A stretch of 63,282 nucleotides of DNA, the filler included, from Globobulimina sp. (Eukaryota): the NCBI GenBank assembly GCA_003354225.1. It is 36 parts of 36 records of this genome, joined end to end, with 100 filler letters (N's around TTAATTAATTAA, not from the genome) between each part and the next. Parts side by side here need not be neighbours in the genome. Positions count along the whole stretch, not along the records: positions 22,901 to 24,561 come from PIVH01013471.1; positions 24,662 to 26,322 come from PIVH01013472.1; positions 26,423 to 28,083 come from PIVH01013473.1; positions 28,184 to 29,844 come from PIVH01013474.1; positions 29,945 to 31,605 come from PIVH01013475.1; positions 31,706 to 33,366 come from PIVH01013476.1; positions 33,467 to 35,127 come from PIVH01013477.1; 29 more parts are not named here. One strand, given 5' to 3'. The position numbers were made by a program, and so were the translations under genes. Below, in pieces: positions 22,976 to 35,227 of the stretch (its first letter is position 1; every line of letters begins with the position of its first letter). The notes under the pieces were generated by a model. It was not told the origin of the DNA, did no database searches, and saw only the letters and a list, made by a program, of their open reading frames with translations.

Positions 22976-24561
22976 ATGGAGATGGAAAATGCAGAAGATT
23001 GCGTATTGGTTGATTTCGATGAATCATTCCCCTTTGATCCATCCGTTATTATTGGCAACGCAGATGAAAGAGCTCAAAAATTATTTGAAATACTTAAATA
23101 TTGCTACAATAATGGCAAACCACCATCGAATAAAGACTCGCGATCCAAACCATTAACACACAAAAATCCAAATGATATTAATGTAGAAGATGTAAGTGAC
23201 CAAAAAATAAACGAAGCTAAAGCTGTATACAAACATCAATTATATTATTCTTTAGGCGATAAAGGCATAAAAGAAAATGATTTAATGGTATGTTGTTATT
23301 ATGTAATTTATAATTTGTACAGATTACAGTCATACGCATATGTTTCAGTATTTTTTAGCTGTGGGTTATGCTAATAACGGTATGTACAATGTATACAAAT
23401 CGAAAATCCTGACTCACAGAAACGATCATAATATCGCAGGTTATCCGTTTTTAACAAACGTTGTCGACTCATTTACGCGCGATCGTCTTGTCCAGAAATA
23501 TGAAAAAAAGGATGAAAACGGGTTTGCATTTACAACCGCAAAATGGGTAAAGGTATGACATTGCATTATAACTCGCAGAAATGATAGAAAACGCATATCC
23601 AAAACAGAACAATCCATACACACAAAATTTAGCGAAAAGAAGCAAACGTTTGGTGAATAAATTAGAAAGCGGCGTGAAAGCATATTGTAATCGAATCTCA
23701 CCGAAAATTCAATTTACGCACTTGTATAAAATAGATGATAGTTTGAAGGCAATCAGTGAATATATTCTAGCCACCATCCAATTTATACGCAAGTTATTAC
23801 ACATTAACACCAATACGCAACAAGATATTCCCGTGGCGCCCTTCCAACTGGATTTGCTCATTGCTGTTAAAAATGTAGTGGATGACACACATACTACAAA
23901 ACCAGACATGAAAGATGATGACACAGATGATGATGACGATGACGATGACGAAATTGACGATGACGAAATTGACGATGATGAGGAGAAGGTTTGTAAAATA
24001 TACATAGAGTCACATGGAGCAATCTAACATTGTAAACTTTATATTTTCTGAGCGTTTTTTGAATTTCAGAGTGAATTGTAAACGTTTTCCGAATTTCAGA
24101 GTGAATTTAAAGCTGAGGAAAAACATTTACTTTGATAGAATGGCTCCGTGCACACTAAAATGTGCAGCTAAGTTCATAATATAATTTCATAATATATTTT
24201 TTGCAAATCTAGGAGAACAATGAGATTCGAGATATAGAGGTAGATTGGATAGGTAATGTAAAATCAAAATTAGATCACGAGAAGTGCATAAATACAGACC
24301 CAGTCGCATATAAAGTGGATCATAAAGGCACGAATGACGCAAATGATGGGCTATCTGGACCACGCATGAGATTCATTGACGGGGTGTATAATAAATTTAG
24401 AAAGAAATTGAGTGAAAGGAAGTTATACACAGATAATGATGAAAAGAAATATATTGATCATGACAAGGATATTGATGATGAGGATTTTAAACCAAAACAA
24501 AGACAGCATTTTGATGCAAAAACGTATCCCCAAAACAAACGTTTTTGCGTGTTCGTGGATC
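22976..24561 (+). CDS. Multi-exon hypothetical protein with acidic tracts, partial
   Basis: Four consecutive plus-strand ORFs separated by GT..AG introns (donors near 23288, 23553, 23989); poly-Asp region. Confidence 0.6.
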
Positions 24562-24998
24562 NNNNNNNNNNNNNNNNNNNNNNNNNNNNNNNNNNNNNNN
24601 NNNNNTTAATTAATTAANNNNNNNNNNNNNNNNNNNNNNNNNNNNNNNNNNNNNNNNNNNNTTAGAATAGGTTCGAATCAGTTATGATATGATAGGATTG
24701 TTTTTGTTACATTTTTTTATATATTCATTTATTACCGAAGCGATAGATTGATATTTATTTCACTATATTTTATTTACAATATCATTATTTTGTATATTTT
24801 TTGTTACATTATTCAATATTTTCACAATCTTTTTTGTCACCGGATGATTTAGACATTCACCCATATCATCTCTTCCACAAAAACTAAAAATCAAATCCTC
24901 CAACCTTCGCTACAGGTACTGCTAGTATATATATATATATATATTTCTCTGTTATGTGCATAGATTCACATTAGTCACATAACTATGTTATTTTACAG

Positions 24999-25438
24999 GA
25001 CAAGAAAGATACAGAAGTATTACACGTGGTTCTTACAACCGTGCTGATGCATTTATTCTTTGTTATGGAGTGGATGATCGACTTTCGTTTGATCGGGTTG
25101 TTGGATGGATGGGTGAGATTGGTGAAAATGTAGAAATTGGTGATGTTGAAATTATGTTGGTTGGATGTAAAGGTGAATTGAGAGAAAAGGAAAGAGGAAT
25201 GTCCCGAAAGGTATCCATAAACGATTTACGTGATATGGGGAGAAGATTCAAGATACAATATGGTGAATGTAGTGCAAAAACAGGAGAGAACGTGGAAAGT
25301 ACATTTATGACAATTGCTGAATTGACAATGCGCAGAAGAGCACGACAACGTGTTCGTCGAGAGCAAAACGTTGCGCTTGAAATCCGAATCCGAATCGAGG
25401 AACAGGAAAACAAATCCGAATCCGGTGGTTGTTGTTGA
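24999..25438 (+). CDS. Rab-family small GTPase, 3' exon
   Basis: After acceptor TTTTACAG: (G)QERYRSITRGSY, LVGCKGE, ECSAKTGENV and C-terminal GGCC prenylation motif. Confidence 0.9.
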
Positions 25439-25623
25439 TCATGATATTAATTAACCTCTGTAAAGTTGTAAATAACGTATTAGAGTTTTCCGATTTGACC
25501 TTGATTTTGCTCATGTCCCCCTTTCATGTCCCGTTTCTTCTGACAGGCATTTCAAAAACACAATAATCGATTACAGTATAATTATAATGTAAATATTGAG
25601 TTAATAGTTGTTTTACTAAAACC

Positions 25624-26322
25624 ATGTCAACAGACCGTACGTCCGTCATAACACCTCACGTACATAAATTGGTCAAAAAGAAAAGGAAAAAAGCCTCATC
25701 AACAACCCAAACGAACACAGAAAATACTACACCCAAACGTAAAAAAAAGAATAGAAAAAGTTCACGGCGCGACAAAGCAAACACTTTGGAAGAAATCAAA
25801 CACAAATTCCAACAACAAACACAATGCTTACAGCACATGTTTATGGGCGATAATAATTATTGGCGACAGTATTTCGATGAAGTATTATCGCCGGCAAATA
25901 GATTCCCATTACCCCCACAATCTCCTGCCATAGGTACCGTACATATACACATTATCCAAAAATGCGTTATTGCGCATAATCACACATTCCACCCTTCCCT
26001 TTCCCTCCAGGTCCATCAGATATACATCAATCAGAATCACAAAATGACTTAATAATAGGTACTCGCTCCCAAACCAACAGCGAAAGCAATTCCATCTCTC
26101 CCTCCTCCGACAGCAGTGTCGGCAGTGATGCCTCTGGCTCAGTGTACTGCGCTCAATACGATCGCGAAATGGCTCCACCGCCGGACCGCTTACCCGAGTT
26201 AGATCACAACTTTTTCATTTACGAATTTGCATTGCTACACGACATGGATTGGAACCTTAAACAACCAAACGGCGAAATTAAACGCGAAAACATCACCTCA
26301 CAGTACTATGCAAACCATTTTG
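25624..26322 (+). CDS. Multi-exon hypothetical protein with basic NLS-like N-terminus, partial
   Basis: ATG at 25624, K/R clusters, intron donor near 25934, later exon open to contig end. Confidence 0.5.
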
Positions 26323-26779
26323 NNNNNNNNNNNNNNNNNNNNNNNNNNNNNNNNNNNNNNNNNNNNTTAATTAATTAANNNNNNNNNNNNNNNNNNNNNN
26401 NNNNNNNNNNNNNNNNNNNNNNCAAAAAAAAAAACCTTTTCGAACAGCAAAAAAAATCAGTACTTATCGGAGACCCCTATTCATATTGAAAACAGCTATA
26501 ACTGAATCATATGGCTACTTCCACAGAAATTAAAAGTCCGCAGTATCTGTATTTGTTTTGGATTGATGTGATTTATCAATGATCTTAGAGTTATAAATTA
26601 TTGCAATGCATATCCAACTGACACATAAATTTCTGTACACATCCAACTAACACTTTAATTTATTACAAAAAACTGTCCACACTCTAAAGTCACTCTGTCT
26701 GGGAATAATGCTCTGGGCAATCTTACTGTGCCAACTGGTGATACCAATGTATGTTTTATCATTGAATCATACCATTACA

Positions 26780-27995
26780 CTCAACCTGTGCTTGCTGATA
26801 GATTTGCGGCTCACAAAGATAAATTTAAATCCTGTTCATCGTCTGGTTTCTGTCAAAGACAAAAGGAATTAGATTCAATCACTTATTATTTGGATCATAA
26901 TTCAGTTTCATTCAATAACAATGAATTTAATTCCATATTGCTCTACGCATCAAATCCAACCGATAATAGTTTAGTAACCCACACGTCATATACAGTACAA
27001 CCACAATACACTTCCATTCCGCACTAAAAACCCCAAACAAAAGGCAAAAAACTTCATTTATCCGTATCGAGAGTAATCAACAACGTATTACGTATATTTG
27101 TCACCGAATTAAATCCCATCAGGGAACGCTATCAAATCGATGATGTGATGACTGAAAATGCCCGAAAATTCCTTCCCTTTCAAAACGTGCAACAAAGCTC
27201 AAATGATTGTACATTAACTTGGAACGACAACTATTCCCTGAAAATCAGCTACAATCCATTCACAATGCTCATAACCAACAATGGCGTGCATGAAATAGTG
27301 ATTAACGAGTTTAATAAATTCTATTTTGAGCCGTACATTGAACGCAAAGTATATGACAGCACCGACTGCGATGACAGCGATGAAGATGAAAGCAAGCATT
27401 GTCAACACGAGAGCGCCGAAGAAAAAGCGCTTTGGGAGGAACGCTTCTCATCACACACTTATTATTACGACAATGGCCCTGCTTCGATTGGCTTAGATTT
27501 TACATTTATTGACACAAAATATATATATGGCATTCCTGAGCATGCTTCTAAATTCGCATTGAAAAATACACTCGGCGGAGATGAGAATAGCTATTCGGAG
27601 CCGTATCGGTTATGGAATTTAGATGTGTTTGAGTATGAACTGGATGTTCCAGACGCGTTATATGGCGCTATACCATATATTATCGGACATAATAAGCAAA
27701 ACACAAACAGTGTGCTATGGATGAATGCAGCTGAAACATACATTGATGTCGGAAACAGTGCAGAATACAATGGCAAAAATGTACGCTGGATGAGTGAATC
27801 CGGTGTGTTGGAGGCCTTTGTCATATTATCGGCAGCTGGCGATGCTGGCACTTATTTACATTCATATTACGCGCTGACCGGCTTCCCGCAGTTGCCACCA
27901 ATATTTGCCTTAGGTCTGCTGTATTAAAACATTGATACACTTGTTTTTGATGCAACATTTTCGATAACAAAGGGCACCATCAATGCAGATGGAAC
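26780..27995 (+). CDS. GANAB: Glucosidase II alpha subunit (GH31), N-terminal part, with introns
   Basis: KFKSCSSSGFCQRQ, YGIPEHA, EPYRLWNLDVFEYE, LYGAIP, WMNAAET, WMSESG, LTG...LPPIFALG-intron-HHQCRWN; start codon not resolved. Confidence 0.9.
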
Positions 27996-28058
27996 AATTT
28001 CATGTTGCTTGGATTTAAAAAAATCGAAAAATGTTGTGCGGACTTTATCGGAATTCAT
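27975..28058 (-). CDS. alaS: Bacterial-type alanyl-tRNA synthetase N-terminus (chimeric fragment)
   Basis: My translation MNSDKVRTTFFDFFKSKQHEIVPSALMV matches the AlaRS N-terminal motif R..F..FF....H..VPS; not in the ORF track. Confidence 0.8.
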
Positions 28059-28183
28059 TTATATAATTATTCTGTAATGATTANNNNNNNNNNNNNNNNN
28101 NNNNNNNNNNNNNNNNNNNNNNNNNNNTTAATTAATTAANNNNNNNNNNNNNNNNNNNNNNNNNNNNNNNNNNNNNNNNNNNN

Positions 28184-28837
28184 AATCAAAAAAACAACTG
28201 TTGTTGCACCAGTTTATCAGATGGAAGTGTTTCTATTTTACAATTTAATGAAAAAAATGATAATGAAATAATACATCGCATTCAAGGACATTCGGATCAA
28301 GTTTGGACAGCTTGTTTTGACGCAGATAATGACAAAATAGTGTATTCGGGAGCTGATGACTGTTTGTTTGGTGTTTGGGATTATCAGAATAAAATATTAA
28401 TCAATGGAGATAAAGATAATCATAAAATGGGTATTTGTTCAATACATAATTATAATAATTATTTACTAACTGGATCGTACGATGAATATTTAAGGATTTG
28501 GGATAAAAGGAATTGGAAAAAACCAATTGATTCTTTAAAATTTAACGATGGTGTTTGGAGAATTAAAGCAAATAAAAATAAAATATTAATTGCTACCATG
28601 AGAGATCACTTCAATGTTGTTATATTTGATGAAACTACACAGCGACTAAAAAATATCTATTCATACACCGGACATTATGACAAATATAACAGTGATATTA
28701 GCAATAAAGATGAAAATAAAAAAGAAGACATTGATATTTTGTGCTATGGATGTGATTGGAGTCACAATGATGACGATTTTATTGCTTCTTGCTCTTTTTA
28801 TGATAAACAAGTTCACTTTTGGCAGCACAAAATCTGA
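28184..28837 (+). CDS. DPH7: Diphthine methyl ester esterase (WD40), C-terminal part
   Basis: VWTACFD, YSGADD, LLTGSYDE.LRIWD.R, GVWRIK, CYGCDW, ASCSFYD motifs. Confidence 0.9.
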   Translation, partial: NQKNNCCCTSLSDGSVSILQFNEKNDNEIIHRIQGHSDQVWTACFDADNDKIVYSGADDCLFGVWDYQNKILINGDKDNHKMGICSIHNYNNYLLTGSYDEYLRIWDKRNWKKPIDSLKFNDGVWRIKANKNKILIATMRDHFNVVIFDETTQRLKNIYSYTGHYDKYNSDISNKDENKKEDIDILCYGCDWSHNDDDFIASCSFYDKQVHFWQHKI

Positions 28838-28852
28838 AAAGTTTTTTAATTA

Positions 28853-29831
28853 ATGTCAAACATTATAAAAGAAGGATGGCTTATGAAAAGAAGTGTGTTT
28901 TTATGTTGTGTTCGTATTGTGTTACTAATGAACAGTGCGTGTTTGAGCAGGCAGACATTTTGGAAAGAAAAGAAAGCGATGGGCGGTATTAACGAGGTAT
29001 AGTTTATGCACATTTAAAAAGAAGAGAGTATATAGAAATGCAACGGAGAAAATATCAGTATCATCAATATCACATATTATTGCAGGAAAAAACAGTTTCA
29101 GTGTTAAATTACGAAACGGTTTGTTGTTTGAATTAAGTAACTTTGATAATAATGACAACAATGTATATTTTGAATTATTAACATGGATAAAAACGATTGA
29201 ATCAATTATAAATGACAGAGAGCATAATATAAAGTATAAACAATATGCATTCCATTCGATGATTAGTATTGTTGGACAACAAATAATTGATAAAGGATAT
29301 GCTAAATTGGATATGTTTACTATTACAGAAAAATATAATTATTTAATATGTGGATATTGTAACTGTAGAAATAATAACAATACAATTAATATTATTAATA
29401 TAATTCAAGAATATTGTTTATTTATAAATATATTTTGCTGGAATAGTAATTATATTTTGTTAAAAAGTGGAATGGATAAAGATAATGAATTTAATATTTT
29501 TATTTTATCAAAACAACATTGCATATTATCAACATATTTACATACAATTATTAAAAACGAATTGAATGAATTACAACTGATTGAATGTGATAATATATGC
29601 TCAAATATATTGGAATATGTTATGATATATTTGGCTCATCACAAAGGAAAGGAAACATTGGATGATCAATGGAAAAACCTATGGATTGATTCATTTCATA
29701 AGAATGTGATTTCTCAAATAATATCTGCGGCAAAACAAATGCAAATAGTGTCATTGTTATGTTTAGCTTCTCAAAAATACAAATCCCAATTGAAAAATAC
29801 GACTCATGACTATAGAATAGGACGCCTTTAG
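28853..29831 (+). CDS. PH domain - Skp1-like fusion protein (intron 28893-28950)
   Basis: Spliced N-terminus IIKEGWLMKRSRHFGKKRKRWAVLT...TWIKTIE (PH); C-terminal ILEYVMIYLAHH..W....I....IISAA..MQI.SLL.LAS (Skp1). Confidence 0.7.
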
Positions 29832-29944
29832 AATATGACTTTAANNNNNNNNNNNNNNNNNNNNNNNNNNNNNNNNNNNNNNNNNNNNTTAATTAATTAA
29901 NNNNNNNNNNNNNNNNNNNNNNNNNNNNNNNNNNNNNNNNNNNN

Positions 29945-31240
29945 GGCCTTTTGTTTATCTCAATTTAGTGGGCGATTTAATTGATTTAAATCAATGTATT
30001 TACTTCGAAAACAGGTTTGATTATCGCGTATTTGATGACTATAAACAGTATTTAAATGAGAAATATTCCCTTTGGTCGCACTGTTCTGCCATTGTCAAAA
30101 CCACGCCAACTTTGGATGACATTTATATTGGCCATTCGTCGTGGTATACCTACAAAAACACCAATAGAATTTATAAACATTATATTTTCGATTTGAATAT
30201 GGAAACAGCAACAAGTCAGATGTCGTTTAGTTCGTATCCTGGCTATTTAGAGTCATTGGATGATTTTTATTTAATGGATTCTGGGTTGGCTATGTTGCAA
30301 ACTACAAATTCAGTTCCAAACAATACAGTGTATGATTTAGTCACTCCACATTCCTTGTATTCGTGGCAGAGGGTCAGAATCGCAAATGCTTTATCAAAAA
30401 CAGGTGAGGAATGGTACAAAAATGTTGCGAACCAAAACTCCGGTACTTATAATAATCAGTTATGTACAATTTATGTAAGAAATATTCATTTATTCAACTG
30501 TGACGTCCGTCGGTTTGACATTGTTGCAGCTTGCAAGTAGCTCATTTTGAGCTTGAGTTTTTTGAGAAATAGTTTTTTTTTATGTCAACAATGGCTGCTA
30601 CTTTCAACCTTGGTCAATCACACTTTTATTGCGATGCTTTATGACACACAGGTATATGATTATAAATTATGCGTTGTTTAAACCAAATGAGCCGTTGCCT
30701 GATAATTTCCTTTGGGTAATTGAGCAAATGCCAGGTTTGGTGGCTGGACAAGATATGACTGATATTGTAGAACGAGGTTACTTTGGTAGCTATAACGTGC
30801 CGGCGATTGAGGAGATATATATTAAATCAGGTTATCCGGCATTAGTTGCAAAATTTGGACCGCAGGAATCGTATGATTTAGCTCCAAGAGCACGTATATT
30901 CCGAAGGGATGCAAATAGTATCAATGATTTAGAAGACACTCAGATGTTTTTGAGATATAATAATTATACAACGGATCCGTTGGAGAATAATAACCCGATG
31001 TGGGCCATTTGCAGTCGTGGGGATTTACAAACACGTGGATCGCCGTCGGGCTGTTATGATACAAAGGCAAGTAATTTATCAATGATATTAAATATGCAGG
31101 CAATTGTAATAAATGGTCCAACGTATGTGGATAATCCACCCTTTAATTGGCAAGATTGGCCTACATATAATGATAAACATGAGGGAATACCGGATTTGAT
31201 GAAATTTGATTGGGTTTGGATGCAATCACTACTCGCTTAA
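29945..31240 (+). CDS. Phospholipase B-like Ntn-hydrolase (PLBD family), partial; intron 30459-30651
   Basis: HCSAIVK, FSSYPG.L.S.DDFY, NSGTYNNQY, EQMPG, SYNVP, PRA.IF.RD, RYNNY, SRGDL, DTK. Confidence 0.93.
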
Positions 31241-31705
31241 AAATAAAAAAAATGACCTTGTACTTATTATAACTTCTATCTTATAATTAAATTTAAATAG
31301 CAATACAAGGGGTTCCTACTACAATTCGCTCATACAATGATTACAATCGGTGATCTTCCTGCTGGTAAAATCATGCAGATAAATCACGATATTTTTTTTT
31401 TCAAAAGCAAGGTCGGTAATATTTGTAAAAATTTATTACAATGGATTCACACAAAAAGAAGGAAATTTACCATATCGAGGATGATTATTTTGTTCAATCT
31501 CTAATTTATAATTATATTTAGCATATTTGATTGAATGTTTATTTATTAATTCATTTAATGATTTCATACTATTTTTTGGATGCTGAATATCAATCCATTT
31601 CCATGNNNNNNNNNNNNNNNNNNNNNNNNNNNNNNNNNNNNNNNNNNNNTTAATTAATTAANNNNNNNNNNNNNNNNNNNNNNNNNNNNNNNNNNNNNNN
31701 NNNNN

Positions 31706-33345
31706 ATATGCAAAATATTGTTGTTTTGTTGGTCATACGTGGCTATATCATCCAATTTAATATCTAATTTGTCCAGATATTCATCCACAAAATGCATAGC
31801 ATTGCCTTGCTTGGCAGCAACAATCCACCGCCATGCATATTGCACCACGGATTTAATATATTCATGTTTATTGATGCTGTCTTTATATTTGATGGTTAAC
31901 TCATTAATAACGTTTAATAATTTAGTTTTGGTGTCTTTTTCGTTGGTTTGTGCCTTTCGAAAACATAATTGAAGCATGGTTTGACCTCTTTTATTTCTGC
32001 TGTTCACGTCGAAATTTGTTAATATGTCCAAATTGTCAGATATTAACGCCCAGACTTGATCCGATCCATTGTTAGCAACAAATTGCTGAATTGCATCCAT
32101 GGCTGCGGTATTTTGAGATATGTGACTGATTATATTTAAATCTAATGTTTTCAATAATTTCTTATCATCGAATATCATTCGTAACGCTCTGATATACAAT
32201 CCGCCGCCGGAATTGTTACTGTTTCTGATGAGATAATGTGGCACTGTCTCATTGAATGGATCTGTCGCATTAATATTAATACCATTTTCTAATAATTTCT
32301 TGAATATAATTAAATGTTTATCATCCACTTCCAATGCATCATTCACAATGCTTTCATGATACTTATATACTAATTTTAATAATGGTTCGCCGCTCGAGGC
32401 GATCGCGTTGGTTATGATACGAATGTCTTTCTGGTTATTTTCAATCGAATTTTGACAGCATTTATCCCAATTAATGTCACAAAGATCTACAATTTGTATT
32501 TTATTCTGCGAGGAATATAAAAATTGTATCATTTGTTGAATGTTGACATAATCGCAGGAAGAGCCAAATTGCAATCGAATGTTATATGTGTTATGCTCTT
32601 CGATATCAACTAAAGAATCGATTAGTTTTCGGATTGTAACTTCAGAGAAATAGTAGGAAATCGTGGTAGTAAGTTTGCATTTTGTATTTTTAATTTTGTT
32701 ATAATGTATGATGTCTGACTCAGTATTGGAGCTTGGATATTTTATCTGATTTATAAATGGAATCCAGCCAATTCTGCCAATCATACAACTCAACGCATAC
32801 TGAATATAAGTTTCTTTGACCGCAAGTGACTCCAAATGCATTCGCGAATATTGAAAGACGAAGTTTGTTATGGTGGAAGTTAAGGAGATGGCGAGGTCGA
32901 TTGTCGTCACATTGGTGCCAGATAAGGATATGACATTAAATACAAATAATAATTGGATGGCGAGTTGCGACATATTTTCCAGTGACAACTGGGCGATGGT
33001 CCTCATCCTTTTGTGTCCGTCTAAGTTCATTAAGGACATACCGATGTATTTAGCCACTTTGCTCTTAATCGGAGCGAGATTCTGTTCAAAGTTACAATTG
33101 CTTTTACAGACTGAATAGAAATAATACGGCCATACGATTAAAATGTCGGTTAAAACCAAATAAAAATCTAAAAAAATATAATACAGCACACCGAATGGTA
33201 ATAAATATAATAACACTAAGAATTGTGTACATTTGCCTTGTTCAGAAAATCTATCAAATGTTCCTTGATTTAAATATAAGCGAATTCCGGAGGAGTAACA
33301 TAATAAAAATGGCGATATGACGGATAATAACATAATCACTGTCAC
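31706..33345 (-). CDS. Membrane protein with XK-like ExxxQxxxQ helix followed by ankyrin repeats, partial
   Basis: TM helices with LENMSQLAIQ; LLENGININATD...ETVPHY, DVNSRNKRGQTMLQL, NNNILH ankyrin-like motifs. Confidence 0.65.
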
Positions 33346-33466
33346 ATATAATAAATTAGGATAGCTNNNNNNNNNNNNNNNNNNNNNNNNNNNNNNNNNN
33401 NNNNNNNNNNTTAATTAATTAANNNNNNNNNNNNNNNNNNNNNNNNNNNNNNNNNNNNNNNNNNNN

Positions 33467-33725
33467 CGAATAGATTTGTGGCTGGTGCTGATTTATCCCG
33501 TTCTAATTGTATTTGCAATAACTGGTTTTCAGGTGTTTTGAAGATATTATATTCGTCGATCGATGATTTGTTGGTTAGGATGTTAAATATATTTATTCCA
33601 TCGATTTCAATGAATACAATGACGTAGAGTGTAAATATTAGAATTCCACCAACGATGCATAGTGTTGCCAATGGGTTATTTGCTTTTTTTCTCTTACAGC
33701 TGCAGTTGTTACGATGAGGTGGCAT
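33467..33725 (-). CDS. 5' end of type II membrane protein
   Basis: Short basic tail then one TM helix; open to contig end. Confidence 0.55.
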
Positions 33726-33912
33726 CTATATTAAAGACAGAAATAAAATGTAACTGAAAACATTACAGTCCAAAACTCCAAACATATGACTGTTATCAAC
33801 ATGCAGCTGCAGTCAACACTGTCATTGATTACGCAATTTCGCTTTCAAATTCTCCGCAAAAAAAAAGGTGCATTTACTAATTTGTATTCAAATTCAACAC
33901 ATCAGTCCACCA

Positions 33913-35127
33913 ATGATTGTTTATCTGATTGTGATTTGTTCATTCATATTTGAAGCAGTGCATGGTTCGCATTCCTACATTCCATCAGAAACACATTTGA
34001 TTGATCGAATTATAACATCGCAAAACAAAAACAAAATCAACACGATAGTATCTGCGGGTGCTTCTAGACATAGCATCAATATTTTCATTGCAGCAGCCAA
34101 CAGATATTATGACTTAAACCTAGTCGGCCAAGGAAGCAGTTTGTTGAATATATTGTTGTCAGTACCCAAACAATCACCGATATGGACACAAACTACCGAG
34201 CATCAATTTGTTCAATTTTTCCGACCAATCGCATTTCTTACAAACGCACCACAGCCATTTTATTCTTATATCCGTCTCATTTATAAAAAATGTAAGCAAT
34301 CAGCAAATATTGAAGATTGTGAGGTACCGCAGCTTACAGCAATGTATGTTTTGCCTATTTTATTCCGAAAAGCAATTCAAAAACAGGATGTTTGTACTGC
34401 TGAAATATTGTTCACGCAAATGTCAAAATATTTGGATGATCAGTCAATGCATAAAATGCGTTTTATGTTGGACTTTATTCCCATTTATGTTACAACCAAA
34501 AACGATCAAAAGTTGTCATTATTGTTGATTAATTTGAATAAGTTTCAACGTTTATTCCTTCAAAACAATGAAATGGATTTATTGTCAAATCTCATCTTTG
34601 ATTGTTACAGAAATTCAGAGAAATCGTTCAAATATACACTAGAGACGTTAATGCAGAATGTGTTAATATTACCATTTGGTGAGAAAATACTAAAAATACG
34701 ATCATTAGTAAGGCAGTTATTGCTTAAAGACAATCAGAATTTGGATGTGCTTTTTGCTGTGTTACACAGAATGAAACATCGGAATATTTTGCAGAATGGA
34801 AACGTATTTATGATTATATTTAATTCTGTGAAAATATTGAGTGCCAATACTAGTGACCATGGATTAGCACATAAATTAAAGTATGCATTGGAGTGTGCTT
34901 CATATATGCTGCAAAAGATAGATCCGAATGATGTGCAGCCTCAATTTTTATGGAAATATTTGGTCAGATTGAATATAATGGCAACTGCTCATATGCACCA
35001 TGCAGAAGGAATACATATTGGAAGAATAATGCCCGAATCATTGGATAATTTGCTTGGGTTTGACGATGTAACAAAACAGTATTTGCAAACAATTAAAGAT
35101 ACACAACATCCGAAAGCAAACGAAAAC
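33913..35127 (+). CDS. Signal-peptide-bearing helical repeat protein, partial
   Basis: MIVYLIVICSFIFEAVHG signal; long alpha-helical ORF. Confidence 0.55.
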
Positions 35128-35227
35128 NNNNNNNNNNNNNNNNNNNNNNNNNNNNNNNNNNNNNNNNNNNNTTAATTAATTAANNNNNNNNNNNNNNNNN
35201 NNNNNNNNNNNNNNNNNNNNNNNNNNN

